This document shows, piece by piece, positions 1 through 12,900 of a DNA stretch of 32,081 nt. The DNA is from Catajapyx aquilonaris (Eukaryota). Each line of letters opens with the position of its first letter. Within the stretch, counting starts at the first letter, position 1. The notes under the pieces are model-generated. The model was not told the origin of the DNA and did no database searches. It worked only from the letters and a program-made list of their open reading frames with translations. The stretch covers positions 1-32,081 of the forward strand of contig JYFJ02004447.1 in assembly GCA_000934665.2 (NCBI GenBank), given 5' to 3'. The translations under genes and the position numbers were made by a program.

Positions 1-70
1 AATAAATGTGAAATGAGAGATAAAGTAACAGCGAGAAAGGTCCATAGCGATAAAAAGAAACGACGTCTTC

Positions 71-140
71 CTTTCAGGATTCGATCCTTCAACCTTCTGG
101 TTACGAAGCGAGAGTCTTAACCACTAGACCACTGCGCTAC
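71..140 (-). mobile_element. tRNA-derived SINE head (body probably continues toward base 1)
   Basis: Reverse complement reads GTAGCGCAGTGGTCTAGTGGTTAAGACTCTCGCTTCGTAACCAGAAGGTTGAAGGATCGAATCCTGAAAG. It has a Pol III A box (TGGTCTAGTGG) and a B-box-like GGATCGAATCC at tRNA spacing, but the acceptor and anticodon stems pair poorly. Confidence 0.6.
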
Positions 141-1539
141 TTCGATACTGACACTCTCTCCAGCATGTACTTATTGTATAAAGAAAGGGCGCCACAAAAT
201 TCAACAATCACCATAAAATATTTGATTTAGTTTACATTTTTTTAGCCTTATTAGTGTGCTAAGTAAAAGAATGCGATAATTTGTGTTTCAGTTATATCAA
301 GTAAAAAAGGCATATTCATTATACAGTATGTTATCATAAACCATTATTTTCGCGGCTTTTCCAGTTTTCCCCGCCACTTCTTCCACCCTTTTCTCCCAGT
401 CTCACAGTCTGATATCTTTTCTCCAACTGAACCTGCGTTACTGAGCTAGTCAGGGTGTGACCCGAGGTCATGGGTCACACAATGTATTGTACTGTATAAA
501 GCATATATACGATGTACCTACCAGCTGTGTCCTTCTTTCTGAAAATTTGGAAATGGCCACCCTATACCTGCTACAGAAGGCCTAAAAAGGGACATGTCCA
601 CTAAAAGAAAATAATACATTCCCACACATGAAGAGCATCGACTCTCACACTCGTCAAAAACAAACAAAAAATGGTAAGAAACTGCGTATGTTCACAAATT
701 ATTCCGTATGCAGTACACCACCACCATCATCACAAGATGTTACTCTGGAACTGATACTGCAAGGGGCACTCTCTCAAAAGCAACGTTGCAATTTTTTTAA
801 AATGCAAAATGTGTACTGCATTATGTACATTAGTTAGTACAATGCAGTACACAATGTTGCCATATTTGTGCAGAATCATATCAACAATGGTTCACGTATT
901 CTTGAAGCATTGTGTTTGTAGTTATCACGGGTGATACATTCACATATGCACATCTAGACGCAGGAAGTACCAGTTTATTGCGTAATAGTTGCAAAGAGTT
1001 GATGTGATGCTTCCGAAGATTTGTCGCGTGATTCAAGATGAAAACAACGGCTGCGGGGTCAAGAAATTTTTTACGTAATGTTTTACGGCTTCAATGCATT
1101 TCTCGGTAAGTTATTTGAATTATTTTATGATCGAGTATTCTGAAAGAAAATCGATACCCGTATATACTTTACCTTATTCAGCCACTGTGAGTTGTATTTG
1201 TAGAAAATCACGCATACGGTATTTTTGTTCTTTTGATAACTTGGTCATTTGTCACTTTTATTTTCTTAAACACATGGTACTGTACGTTGCGTACATTTTT
1301 GATCTGTTTCAGGAAGTTTGCAGATGAGTATTCCTCTTTGAGGGAGGGGGTGGGGGGGAGTAGGCATAAACAACCTCTGTATACACGGTGCACTAAAAAT
1401 TCTCACACAAATACATAAGACCCACTCATTGTCCACTCGCACGTTGAATGCACCCATTTAAAAAATTTGCTTCATCGCAGCCTCGAGCCGAGACTGCAAC
1501 AATACTCTTTTCACCTGAGCTGCCTTAGGAGCACACGCA

Positions 1540-4500
1540 TCATTTTTGAGGCTCTTCATTCCCATTTGGCACTTGTTTCCGGTGGACGACTCCATTATGT
1601 TGCGGCACTTTCTTCCCATTAGCAGACGTGTCGTCTTCCGCTGATTTCTCTTTTACCTGCTGTGAAAGGTCACGGTTATGCAAATAAGGCAGGGAATATT
1701 CATCTGTGTGTCTGGGAATATTTTTTTACTCCACTTTCAGAGGATTTGCAAGGTCATTGCACCTCCGGGTTGTCTGTTATTTTTAATTTAAGGAGCATTA
1801 GATGTGCATTGACTTGCATCATCACGTTTCAAGGTTAATAGAATGGTCTTTTCTTCCTGTTGGGTATGAAACGGGACTGGTTATGCGTATATACCCACCT
1901 TGCGTGATGAGCTCTTCAACATGTACGCCTTGATGTAGAAATTCATAAACAGGACGAAGAAGAAGACCGCATTGGTTCCGATATACCATACGACGAACAT
2001 GGGGTAGTCGCACTGGACGAAGAACAGCTGGAAGTTGTGTACTACCAGCAGCACAAATTGAACCTTTAAGATGAAAACAGGGCATGGTCAGTGAATACAT
2101 CTCACGAAACTTCCATCACCTCAGTTTAACTTAAAATTACGTAGCAGTATCGGGCATATTAAGTGAAAAGACCAAGGTTGCACGGTGGGATGCATACCTG
2201 CCAGGATATGTAGGCTAATACCTCGTGGCTGAAAATCTCTACCGAATGTCTCCTAAGTTCACATCCGCTAATTTCCACTACATTAAATATTATGAAACAC
2301 CTGTATTGTTGGACACCCACCAGTTGTAAGATGGTCATGTACTTTTTCCACCACAAGTATTTATGGAATTTGGGTCCCAAGGCTGCCAGCATGTAATACG
2401 CGTACATGAAAGTGTGTACACCAGAGTTGAGCATCCCAGCGAATATGCTGTGACCCCCTGGTACAAACTTGACGATGATCCAAAGAGTGAGAGGCACGGA
2501 GGCGTGGTGCAACACGTGCAGCATAGACACGTGCTCGGATTTTTTCCTCAACACAAAGAAGATCTGGAAAGGAAAAAAAGGAGGGTAAAGCACTTTTAAT
2601 CCCGAAGCCGCGACCCCGTTTCATCATCATCAAGAAGACAATTTCTTCTCCGTCTCCCACGAAAAACCATACCGGAAATTTGCCAAGCATGTTGCTCCCA
2701 ATACTCACCGTGTCTATGAAATCGACGAACTTCCCCAGGTAGAACGCATATACCAGGAGTGCAACCTGCAACGAGCAAATGAAGTCTGGTTACGCCCCTG
2801 CCATGAAATTTTTCGGAGCGGATAAATCCAGGCCAGCGGATGAGACGTCTCACGTCATTTTTATGACTCCAAAGAACACGGAACCGCTACCTGGACCGCA
2901 ATATCCGACGTTGAGAAGATGGGGAGAGAGAGAGTATACCATACTACTAGTATTCAAAACCTGTTCGGAGAGTTCCGGAATTTTTTCGAGAGGTCAGAGA
3001 CAAACAAGTTCGAAGAGTTAGGACGAGGACCTTGCAAGACCCAGTTACGTCGAGGCGTCAACATGACCTAGTTTGATGCCCGTAGGCAGTGTAATGTGGT
3101 TCACTTCGCTTTTTTTAATTTGTTCACTTTTACATAGATGATTTGGGTGGGAAAGTAAAGTTTATCAGGTGGCGCTTATGTCACGGGGAAGCGCGGAAAC
3201 GTGCAAAATCACGCACGCATTGCAATAATTAGCTGCGGACCTGGGGTGTACTTGGGTAATTTTCTACACGCGCGTTGCATTGTGTTTCGATATGAAATTG
3301 CGCGATCTGATTAGATGAGCTGATATGGCCGGTTATTAAGGACTGATAATGTGTGGTAAGAATTGTGTATCGCCATTTTGGCAATTTTTTAAATAACTGT
3401 TCTTAATTTCAATTGTTAATAATTGAGCAATTTTACTATTCACCGGAGTTCATTTTAAAATTGGAGAGCAAGGAAAATGCCCAGATTTTTTTTACATTAT
3501 AACTTTTTGCTGTGTAATCCCCCATTTTAATGAGACATACATAATTACACTAAATATATAATTAATAAATACTTTTATAACAAATTGCAATTAAGCTAAA
3601 TGATAAGGAAATGTGGGGCATTATTCTCATAAAAAGTCCTTTGCATATCATATTCTCAACTTAATTTCTTTGTGAGTGTACTTCAAGGCTTCTTTCTTCC
3701 TGAACTGGTGAAATGTGAGACACCTTCCTCAATTAGAGGTGCTAAGTGACCTTGCATAATTAATAAGCTGCAAGAAATTTTTTCCCCTTACAAAATTCCA
3801 CGTGCATTTGCATCGAGCCTCCTTCTTACTTCAGGCGACAGAGTCACGTGTATCTTAAAATTCCAGCCAGGTATTGACCCGGAGGTTAAAAATACCTGTG
3901 GCAATGCCAGATATACAGCTAGACTCGTGTGGCTCCCCCCAGTGCCCTATGGGGGTGTAACTTCCCCTTTTCCGATTTAGACTTGACCCTTCATCACCTT
4001 AACGTTTTCTGGCGTGTTGGCATAGTTGACTGGCTGGCATCGAAAGGAATATCCGTGAAGAATGAACACGGCCGAAGACTACGAAAAAATTAATTTGAAT
4101 CAGTACAGTACATCATACATCTCCCTTAAATTAAAAAATAATTAAATGAAATATCAGAGAAAAATAAATGCTTGTATCACAATTTTTATTTTTATTTATT
4201 TATTTATCTTACTTGGATGAACATGACGCCGCTGAATATAGTTTGGGCGAAATTGTAGATTACTATAAGTGATCGTAGTTCGTATGGTTTCCTGTTCTTC
4301 ATGTATTGGGGCCCAGCCACCTTCACCCAGTATGTGTATGCAATGCACAGCCATATTGTGGGCCAAGGTGAGGACATCAGAGGCCATTCCTTCACACGAG
4401 GATCTAGAAATAAGGTATCAAAAAGTCAAGTAATTGGTGGATATAAAGGACAGGTTTCCAATGCCGAGCGTGGAGATAATTACCTGACTTATTATCCATG

Positions 4501-4544
4501 AGGTCTCTGTAGCCCTCGATCACCCTGTTGACTATTGACGTCAT
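1540..4544 (-). CDS. ELOVL: Elongation of very long chain fatty acids protein (GNS1/SUR4/ELO family, ELOVL1/7-like insect type), 304 aa; complement(join(1540..1656,1899..2063,2321..2563,2709..2765,3998..4078,4213..4403,4484..4544))
   Basis: Spliced translation: MTSIVNRVIEGYRDLMDNKSDPRVKEWPLMSSPWPT...GPQYMKNRKPYELR...YSFRCQPVNY...FYLGKFVDFIDTIFFVLRKK..HVSMLHVLHH (HxxHH box at 2504-2518)...NSGVHTFMYAYY...KYLWWKKYMTILQLVQF...CDYP...NFYIKAY. All six introns are GT-AG with matching phases. An acceptor (TTTTCCCTCCGCAG) just above 4555 indicates further non-coding 5' exon(s) upstream. The last exon (1540-1656) is the least certain. Confidence 0.95.
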
Positions 4545-5631
4545 GTTTAAGGTCGCTGCGGAGGGAAAAGATATTCATGTTTTTATCCAACCCGATACAA
4601 AAAAGTGGCGGGGAAAATTTTTATGCCATTTCAGCAGTTGTATAAAAACCTAAATCTGTGAAGCGTGAAGTGTTATTTTTCCCATGCATGATTATGCCAT
4701 GTTTGTTGTTGCTAATTTTGTTGCTCCAAACACCTTCATTTTTTAAATAGTACACTAAGCTACCGTAAGGTATATTGTGGGAGTTGGAGTAGTACTCTAT
4801 TGCAAAATTCGTAATTATAATTTGCCAACAAGATCTATTTTGAAATTACAACTTTGTTCAACACAATGATACATATTGCCCGTTAGTACAGAAAAATAAA
4901 TTTATTGAGAACCTATGCATATTTTGCTTCTAGAGTAAAAAATACTCTAAATACCGGTTTGTGTTACTCTGCTGCTGCAAACTGCGCATCTTCAACCAGT
5001 GTCTTCAGCAGTTATATAACGGCTGACTTAAAATCGCATTAATTACAGCCTTCATTATCAGGTAGAGAAATGAACAAATTAATGCTTCAAAATTTACAAA
5101 GTGAAGATTTGAAATTGAGCAAGATATCTAACTATATATCCATATCACATAATATTGCTCTAGCATTTGTTTTCTTTACCCTTAACGATAAATAATATTT
5201 TTCTTCTCTATTCCACATGTTGGCAGAGATGAACAATGTACAGTATATAGATGAGAGTTACTGTATAAAAACAGCTTTTAGTGTTTATTCCTTGCCGATA
5301 TGGGCCTGTTTGTAACCTCATAAATGTCTCCGTTATTCAGCCCAGATCACAACTGCCAAGTATTATCCTTAAGGGAGTGGCATTGTTGTAAATTCAAGTT
5401 GGGCACAGCCCTCAGCACCACCTTACCTCGAAACGTGCCTTCTGCGAGTGAGACTGACGTCTGGCCTCATTGAACTATCACAAAGTCAGATTGTCACTGA
5501 TTATAACCACATGGAAATGTTACTGATGTAACTGCACGATGTGGCACACCTTCCTTTATGAGGTGTTTTTAAATTTTTGTCGCCGATTGGGTAATTGTGA
5601 CGAAAATCCTGAAGCAGATTTTCTGCATACC

Positions 5632-5632
<1 letters not shown>

Positions 5633-5715
<83 letters not shown>
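5633..5715. repeat. (TAT)n microsatellite, ~27-28 units
   Basis: Perfect TAT run, with the motif TACCGTATTATTAT at both ends. Confidence 0.97.
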
Positions 5716-5717
<2 letters not shown>

Positions 5718-8402
5718 GTATTATTATGTCGCCCTATTTTCAGCAGTAAAACTTGAACTATGACTCATGTTTTAACACTGAAGTGTTTATGCAATTGGCA
5801 AATGAGGAACTTAACTACGCTGTAAATTGCTCATCCTCATGCGTATGGGATATTATCTAAATCCATGACTTCCACATGGGAAATTCTGAATTGCACGCAT
5901 CGTGCCCATTGCCAGAGTATTAATTACTTCCCAGTAGATATTGAAATTTTCTCATGCTAGGTTTTCAGACAAAAAAGCATAATGCATTGTACATCTGATG
6001 ATTATGAACCATATCGCTGTTAATTGCGAGTTATGTAAAATCTAGAGGAGCTACACCCAACTTCGACCTAAACAAAAACGCTATGGGTTACTATGAGGAA
6101 AGTATACAGAATTGCAGCCTCTTTTATTGCAGCTCGTCATAGAAGTTTATATGTGTGCATGCCGTGACTATCTCTTGGCTTTTAGAGAGACTTCTGCACG
6201 ATGAGGTATATGTGGTGATTCCTACACCGCGTCTTGAAGATGGTGTGTCATGTCGGAATTACCTGATTTGAAGTTTCATGTTCGGATTACCGTAATTCAT
6301 TTTCAGTTGAGGAACTTTTGAGTGGTTTAGTAATATTAATTTCGTACTCATAGCTCAAATAACGGCACACTTTATGACGCTTAGAAAACATATGTCATCA
6401 ATGTGTTGCTAACACATACATTGGAAAATAAATTACGTAATAATTGATAACACAACAGTACATGTGCGCATGGCGTTTACTTCAGCAAAATTACGTTAAC
6501 AAAACCACTGCTTTGTATAAGTAGCTCAAATTTTGAGTGCGGACTTCCGAATTTCTTGGCAGTGAAGAGAAGCCAGAAAGAATCCGCAAATATAAATGCC
6601 AAGTAGTTAAATCGTATCACCGACTTGGAAGGACAGGAGTCTCTTGGGTCTCTTTTCCTATAATGAATTGTTAAATGAATGGTGCTTTGACCTGTGCGCC
6701 GTGACCACGGCCGTGACTCATTACTCACATTCAAAATATTTAAATGGGACTTGTGAATTAAGCACTGTGTAATATTTGAATTAGTGAATCGCCCTGTGGC
6801 AAGGTTTTTCGTGAATGTTGTGTAAAGTAGTAATTTAGAATGGTTTTAGTTCAATATTGTCAGGCCCAAAACCACTTATTTATGCCGCAAATTAATTAAC
6901 ATGTAGTCTACATTACAGTAGATGACAATAGAGTTGTGGACAATAATAATCAGCTAAGGAGGAAACTTCGTTACTTTTCGAGTAGGCGACACCTGCTTTA
7001 CTCTCGTCTTAACTACGCCCTGTACAGGCCATTAGAGTCAACAACTTAAAGTGTGCAGCATGGTAAAGGGGACATGACATCTGAGCCTTCTTTACACCGG
7101 AAGTACCGGTATGAGGAAAGAGAAAAGTCCTTGGCATCAGAGAACTAGTCGACTAACAATGTGTGAGTTTATTCATGGACAAATTTGTTCCCAGAAATGT
7201 CCAAGAATATCCAGCTTTGAAAAGACACTGTAAAGGTACAAGCATGCTACCTGTTACTGACATGCTCAATTCATATTCGACTGCAATGTTTTTTTTACAC
7301 CCTTGCATGGCATTGAAACAAGTTGAGCAAATGATGTTAGGTAAATTATTAGTTTCTATCATTATTGCGCAAATTTCTTCGCGAAAACAAGTGTTTCCAG
7401 TTTGAAAATTGCGTAACTGCAATCATGGAAGTACTCTTCATTGCATTGTTTTGTATGTTTCAAGCAATTCCACTATTCTTGCCCTTGACTTATAATTTTA
7501 CATGCAAACCATTCATTGTTAATGACAGTTTACCACTTACAGCAAGGACTACAAATTACAGTGAACCTAATAACACGTGATTTGAATCACATCTTGAGTT
7601 ACAGCCTCCTTGCTACAAGCGCTTCAGTTTTTCTTTCCGTAAACAGAGCGTAAAGGAAACTCCAATGCCCGAGTATGGCACAAGTTCACTTAGAAACTTT
7701 CATGTGCGCTACTGTTTATAGTTGCTGAATCACCCGTAATTCATACCATGCATCCGTAAATAATATGAATTAATAGTGCTCATAACCATCTGAAGCAGCA
7801 GTATGCGCTTATATTCACACGGCCTCCTACAGCGTCATTACCTCAAGCATCTCCTTCCTTATCTATCAAGGACAACGCGCTTTGTGGAAAGTTTTCACAA
7901 CTCTTACTCTACATAAACGTATGGTTCAGCCCTAAATTATATGGGAGAAAAACACTTAATTAGCGACCCTCTTTTGTTTATAACATTATTATAATTATTC
8001 GAACAGCAATTGATTACCAAGCGTTTTTTCTAGCAGAACCAAGGTGTCTGCATGTGCTCTTGAACCTTCGCGTCAACATTTACGGCCCAGTGAATATAAA
8101 AACTCAGCATTGGAAGAGAAAACCGGCTGGCATTGACGTCAACCAGACCTACTTGAAGATATGAAAAATTCCGGTCTTCGCCTCATTGAAAACACATCCG
8201 CACAGTAGAAAGCGAAATTTTTTGATTTAACGCGGCAGACAACCCCACAGCCTATTGAATTGTGTTGAGGAAAATAACTGCCAATCTTCAACCGGTGCTT
8301 GGCAGGTGTTTTTCCCTTACATGCAAATTATGTCACATGTTCCAAAATATCAATTGTGATAATCGTCCTCCCTTCAGTTAGTCCCTTGCGAGGACCTCAA
8401 CC

Positions 8403-9160
8403 TTGAATTTTGGTGCCAAAAAGTTAAACCACTTCAGAGGTCCACCTTTCTTACAACTGGATAACACCGCATCAATCCACTTTTTCGCACATTCCCAAAG
8501 ATACCATACCCATCCAGGATGTTCAGGCTCGATCCGTTCTACCAGACACGTTCGTACGTGTCCACATTATCGAATTAAACTGAAGGGCACTGCTGCTAAA
8601 AAGTTTTACAATATTATGCGCATAACTGCTAATTTATCCAGGAAGTTTTTCCTTATTACAGACCATCATCCCGCTGGCTACAAAAATTGCGCTTAACACT
8701 TAAGATATACCTACAGGTGTGATGTCTCGATGCTCAATGGACTGTTGGACAAAAAGTGTCCGATGAGACCCGCCACTGTCAGCAAGTCCCGTTTCCAGTT
8801 CTTATTTGTTGGAACTGGATCGGCAACGTGAATCAGAAGAGGGCAACCACCAGTGCCTCTGGACAGGTCTCCAGAAGCTTCAAATGGAAACTGGCTGGAC
8901 TTGAAGAGGTCTTTACCGTCTGGTGGTCCCGACCTTAATATGCTCAGAGCCACCTGTTACCGGCTTAGGGAAACGGTGCGGCGCAGGTCTCTTGGTGACT
9001 CCAATTGGATGTGACGGCTTTACCTTCGTGCGATCCTCGACGCCATCCGCCAATTGAATAGCATCCCGGTTCTTTGCACAATTTTTGCACTGATGAGGAC
9101 GCTGGGTAATTACGAAAAGAGAGAGAGAAAAAAAAGAAAGGATTTGTAGTGCGACGGAGA
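8403..9160 (+). mobile_element. Highly degenerate Ty3/Gypsy-like pol remnant (RNase H and post-integrase fragments, possible PPT and LTR start)
   Basis: Frameshifted translations FGAKKLNHF... and AAKKFYN...RKFFLITDHHP/LAT...DIPTGVMSR resemble the Gypsy RNase H motif GVKKFHxYLYGRKFxLxTDHKPL...IPx.ARLQRW. SSYLLEL../VNQ.R resembles the pol C-terminal SYxV...RHVxQLR region. A purine run at ~9115-9142 is followed by TGTAGTG. Confidence 0.5.
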
Positions 9161-9711
9161 TGCAAAGCTATAGTTTTCGTGCAAGAAAAATGGGTCAATT
9201 CGACTCTGGTTGTTCAACAAGACAATTAGTAAGGAGATGTGATTATTGTGTTTCCTGAGGAGGAATAACAATAGGCAAGAAAATTAGAGAAATTGCACAA
9301 GAGACATGATTGAGCGGATCTTCTGCTCTCTAGAAAAGCTTATTAGAACATTTTTGTTAAATTGTTGCCACTGATATCAATCAGGACCAGTACTCTTATC
9401 TGACTTCGGCAACTTTGTTTTGTTTGACATTGTTGTGGATGTGGATTGTGAACTTGAAAGCTCATCTCCTGCACAAGTTCCAGTCCTAGACCTAGAGTTT
9501 GCATAAAAAATTTGATTGGAGGGTTAATGCATCATAAAACAGGTTGGGGAACATTTATCTTCAGGACGCTGCACTGGTTGAAATAAAAGCAGCAATTAAG
9601 ATCACTTTCCTTTCTTTCTATACTCATTTTGAACTATAAGCAAATTAATGTAGTTGCTTAGTCTCTCTTTTCTCTTTTTTTTGATCTTCTCATCATGTTA
9701 TGCAATGGGAA

Positions 9712-9900
9712 GAGTTTCGATGGGTTCTTTCAGTGCTCGCGTGTGTTTTCTCGGGGTCCTCCCGTTTCCTCCCACTGCACTGTCCAAAAATCTCTCTTCC
9801 TCTTACATTACATTTTGAGTTCTTTTCATTCCCTTATATCTTATGACTTATGCGCCTATAACTTTATAGGCCTATTACATGAATGTGACATAAAGCCTAA
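9712..9900 (+). mobile_element. 5'-truncated SINE sharing a central domain with the SINE at 17389
   Basis: 9712-9772 matches 17478-17538 at 54/61 nt (GAGTTTCGATGGGTTCT...GTTTTCTCGGGGT.CTCCC.TTTCCTCC). The 3' boundary is approximate. Confidence 0.6.
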
Positions 9901-12900
9901 ACCACGGTCACGCTAATTTAGGCAGTGGAAGCTAAAATTCTATGAAAATGTTTCAATATTATTACGCGTATTTGCAATCGTCAACAGTTGCAGTGACTAC
10001 AAAGCGTATACACCTTGCGTGACTAGAACCTTCTCCTTTTTCTTTTCATATGTACTAAAAGAATGGAAAACCCCACAACATGTAGTTTTTATTACGATAA
10101 AGTATAATCAGTTAGAAAACTGGTTTCCTCAGCTGCAGGCTTCGTCGCTGTATCAATAGCTCGATGAACTTTATATTCAGAGAAAATATATAATGCATAA
10201 CAAAGAGCAATATAAGAATGAAAATGATGGATTCATCAACCTCACCTTCTGTCCGCCAATAAAATAATTGTTGTCTTGATTTGTTGCGTCACAGTTTGCT
10301 GGCGGGGAAAAATCACGTTCATTCTTCACTGTTCTTTAGTCAAAATAACATTCCGAGATGATTTAAAAGTGCTTTCAACAAGGTCATGTCTTGTCCTTCA
10401 CATCGAAATGCATATATGACTCCCACGTTTTCACATTTCCGTCCTTTTCCTGTTGGCTAAATTCAAGTCAGGAAACAACAACTTGTATCCTTACATTCAG
10501 CACAAACTAAGGAAAATTTTACTTCTGCCATTTCCTTTTAGAATATCCATCATTAAGACGAGCCCTTCATAATTCGCAATTTTTCACATTATCTTGAAAC
10601 GTGAATATTGATAGCTGTAGATTTATTTACAGTATATGTAAAAATTGCAAGCACTTGTCGGACATTTATTATGTGATATACTCGTACATGAAATACACTG
10701 ATCCGTTTTACAGTTGATGACTTTCCTGCAACAATGGGCACTGGTTCAGACCACTTCTCGTTCTCTCTTGCTATTATTGGTTATATAAACTATTCCAATT
10801 ATGCTGTAGGGCCTAGGTCTATACCTCTCAGTATGCTCTCATACGCTCGTAAAATATTATGTTTACTACCCTATAGTCTCTGCTTTGTTCCATTTTCTGT
10901 GCCATTTCTGTAAGATAATGTGAAAAGTGATTTTATTGCATGACTTCTTCTGAATATAATATGCGAAAGTTATATTATGCTGTAAGATAACACAAACGCA
11001 TACCAGTCCTACACACGCAGCTTTGTGGACCATAAAATCCCAGACCAATGCTACGCAACAAAATGTTGCCCTAGTCCTTGTTAAAAACTTTAATAACGCA
11101 ATTATTGCAATTATACCACATTATGAACGATTCGTTGTGCACGCAACCGACTGCAGGATATCCACGCAATAACAAGTCTAACAAACAAATAAGATTAGTA
11201 ATGATGAAATTTAAAAATATCCTGATATTTGCACAGCAAAACCATCCTGCAGGATTGTCATATAGAGCCATTATGCCTGCTCGGACCAATGATGTGAGCC
11301 TGAATAAACCGACAATATAAATGCAAATTATAACATAAACAGTATTGTAATTATTAGTGACTTTGAGGATTTATACCAGATTCCTTACATTTATTGCGGA
11401 AATGTACTTTTATGCCAGTATCAGGTATTACGACTGACATTTATACATGACGTGCAAAATTATGTGCATGAAGAGTAACCACTCCTTCTTAAGCATCTCA
11501 TTAATCAACTTCAGCACGCCAGGTCTCTACTTTTTTGTAAATATGGGCATTTAATAGATACTTCTACGCGATCGTATGCAGGAAGATGCGGGTTGGCATA
11601 TACCTTCCACTCGGTTCACTGATGGGTTGTGCCCTGCAAAATATTATTATTGCTTCAAAAAATCTCTGATGGATTTTTGTAGTTTCAGAAAGCAGCCTAG
11701 AGGCATATATTAATATTTTTAGCCCTTAATTGTAACATGCAGAGATGGGTAAGCCATGCTTGCCAGAATGTTGTCAGCACCAGACGTAGCCCGTCATCTT
11801 TTCCGAAAATAGTATGTGCCAATATTATTGCGCCTAAAGGAATTAGATGTAGGAATTAGATCATGTGTGGGTATATTTCGATTTTCTTGACCGCCACCAT
11901 TATTTTTAACAAATATATTGTCCAGGAACATTTATTATAGACAGGTAATAGCCCTTACTATTTTGATGTCCTCTACTTCACATTACTACTGTAGGTGAAT
12001 CTAAGATATTTACACAATCATATCCACTATTCAAGGCTACTGTTTTTAAAATATTCATTCCCACTAATTGACAATGCTTGGGATGCGATGTAACCCGGAA
12101 CTGTAATTTATTCTAGCGTGTCCTATAAGCATCTCTGCAGCCTATGGTTTCCATTGGATACCCACGTCAGCATACAGTATATTCGCTGCTCAAGGAAAGG
12201 CCGAGGGAAATCCGAGAACCAGTTTGAACTAATTTTCTAGACTGTCGAGTAACACTTTGCAAATGCAAAAATATTCCGGATCTGTAAAAGAAAATTAAGT
12301 GGATGTCATCATTTTTGACATACGTAATTTTTTGCACTTTTGCATTTTAATTGGCGCCTAACACCCTCGCATTTTAAAAACTTTGTAGTTATTCTGATAG
12401 ACAAGTTGATAAGAAGATATCCCATAATTAGCCTCAGTGTTACGAAAGGTTTGTGTATAGTGTGAAAATTATTGCATTTATGAGAATGGGAAAGAAATCT
12501 TTGTTAATGATGATCATCAACATGTTACGTATCGTTGCCCTTCACTGATAGTACCGCCAAAATCATTACAGTCTACTCTAGTATAGCTTTCACATCAATC
12601 GAAGTAAATCGCAGCAGTTTTTGCCTGCTTTTTAAAATACATCAGTGGTAAGAGAAACGGAGAAATGGATTGGTTGGGATTAAAATTAGCGCAAAAGTAG
12701 GTATCACTACATTTCGCCATAGAAATCGTGATTATAATATTTTGATTAGGGCTACAAGGACGAGCAGAACTTGGGTCTACATTTTAATTGAGATCAGACA
12801 ACCTGGTGTCATATTGTGAAAACTGAAGGAAAAAAGTCATCTTTTTTATATGGGTACAAAATACACGAATAAAAATTATTACTACAATGTCACCTGCCTA

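Noticed and set aside
71..140. Functional tRNA gene
   Set aside because: A and B boxes are present but the acceptor and anticodon stems do not pair. It is better explained as a SINE head. The same applies to 17390-17460 and the weaker remnant near 16143-16195.
5539..5763. 74-aa poly-Leu ORF
   Set aside because: It is simply the translation of the (TAT)n microsatellite.
6263..10400. Candidate non-coding 5' exons of ELOVL (minus-strand donors CAG|GTAATT at 6263 and AAG|GTGAGG at 10246)
   Set aside because: Plausible, but splice-site look-alikes are common and cannot be supported without transcript data.
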